This document shows positions 35,818-36,348 of a stretch of 36,348 bases of DNA, in pieces (within the stretch, counting starts at the first letter, position 1; every line of letters starts with the position of its first letter). The translations under genes were made by a program, and so were the position numbers. The notes under the pieces are model-generated. The model had not been told where the DNA came from and ran no database searches. It saw only the letters and a list, made by a program, of their open reading frames with translations. The stretch is from the UHGV virus genome UHGV-0238238, one strand, 5' to 3'. This DNA comes from a virus.

Positions 35818-36348
35818 CTACCCCACCGACACTTTAACTACAGCTTTCTTGTTGTCATTCGGAATAAATTCTCCAGCCTTACCAGCTCCCTGCAGAGCTA
35901 CTCCGTCAAAGTCTTCCGATTCAATCGTTCTCGCTGTGTTAATTCCAGTAAATGCTTTTGCAACTCCGGCAATATATGCATAGGCGCATTCTTTAGACTG
36001 GAATAATTCATCCGGAATCTCCTCTACAAGGAATCCCTTGAACTTCACAACTTCATTGCCATCAATGTTTACAGTAGAGTTTTTAGCAGTTGTATTCAAA
36101 GGATGATCCGAAACGGCATTGTACAGATCGGAGCAAACCTTAATTTTTTTCGTTCCAACTGCTTCGATGTTGTTAAAATACTTAGACAGCTCATTAAACA
36201 GCTTTAATACATTGTCTTCTGTATAATCAGTAACACTTAAAGTTTTTCCGGCAGATGTGGAAATAAATTTTCCGTGCTGCTTGTTAAACTGCTTTGTCTT
36301 AGCCCTCGCCTGCAGTTCCAAGCGATCTGCTACCGCAACGTCAAAATC
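35818..36348 (-). CDS. Major capsid protein, C-terminal part. The ORF is open to the right edge.
   Basis: No stop occurs between 36348 and the listed TTG. The frame is continuous with the N-terminal fragment at 1-387 if the molecule is circular (about 306 aa in total). Its position before the connector genes also fits. Confidence 0.5.
   Translation of the reverse strand, partial: DFDVAVADRLELQARAKTKQFNKQHGKFISTSAGKTLSVTDYTEDNVLKLFNELSKYFNNIEAVGTKKIKVCSDLYNAVSDHPLNTTAKNSTVNIDGNEVVKFKGFLVEEIPDELFQSKECAYAYIAGVAKAFTGINTARTIESEDFDGVALQGAGKAGEFIPNDNKKAVVKVSVG

Overview
This window reads as a complete temperate siphovirus (tailed phage) genome from a low-GC Firmicutes (Clostridia-like) host, probably sampled as a circularly permuted contig: a capsid gene runs off the left edge and appears to resume, in the same frame, at the right edge. 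Reading minus-strand genes from high to low coordinate, the order is capsid C-terminus, head-tail connector, adaptor, HK97-gp10-like protein, tail terminator, major tail protein, chaperones G/T, tape measure, Dit, a 1604-aa collagen-repeat Tal/fibre, holin, an 88-aa gene, a 29-aa peptide and an Amidase_3 endolysin. A plus-strand lysogeny block follows: large serine recombinase, Sie-like lipoprotein, a small XRE protein, a 32-aa peptide gene and a cI-like XRE repressor with divergent promoters and palindromic operators. The minus-strand early region then carries a Bro-N/KilAC antirepressor, a hexapeptide-repeat protein encoded by 17 tandem 18-bp repeats, a Rad52/Sak-like annealase, NinB, an HNH-like protein, RusA, a replisome organizer with 11-bp-phased iterons, a Lar-like and several Zn-ribbon small proteins, and an ArpU-family late regulator. 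Downstream are an intrinsic terminator, a tRNA-like fragment, tRNA-Asn(GTT), TerS, PBSX-type TerL, portal, a MuF-family minor head protein with a C-terminal extension, a small downstream ORF, a Prp cysteine protease, scaffold and the capsid N-terminus. The most notable observations follow. Three structural proteins (scaffold, capsid, major tail) carry an N-terminal LQLF/A motif matching the Prp cleavage site. The same ~65-nt structured RNA element, with compensatory base changes, follows the capsid and major-tail genes. A 19-bp palindromic direct repeat precisely flanks a 300-bp cassette between holin and endolysin. The MuF C-terminal extension plus the downstream ORF is a candidate toxin/immunity pair. 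An antisense promoter-ORF-terminator cassette sits inside the early operon. The endolysin has an internal SD-ATG before its C-terminal domain.
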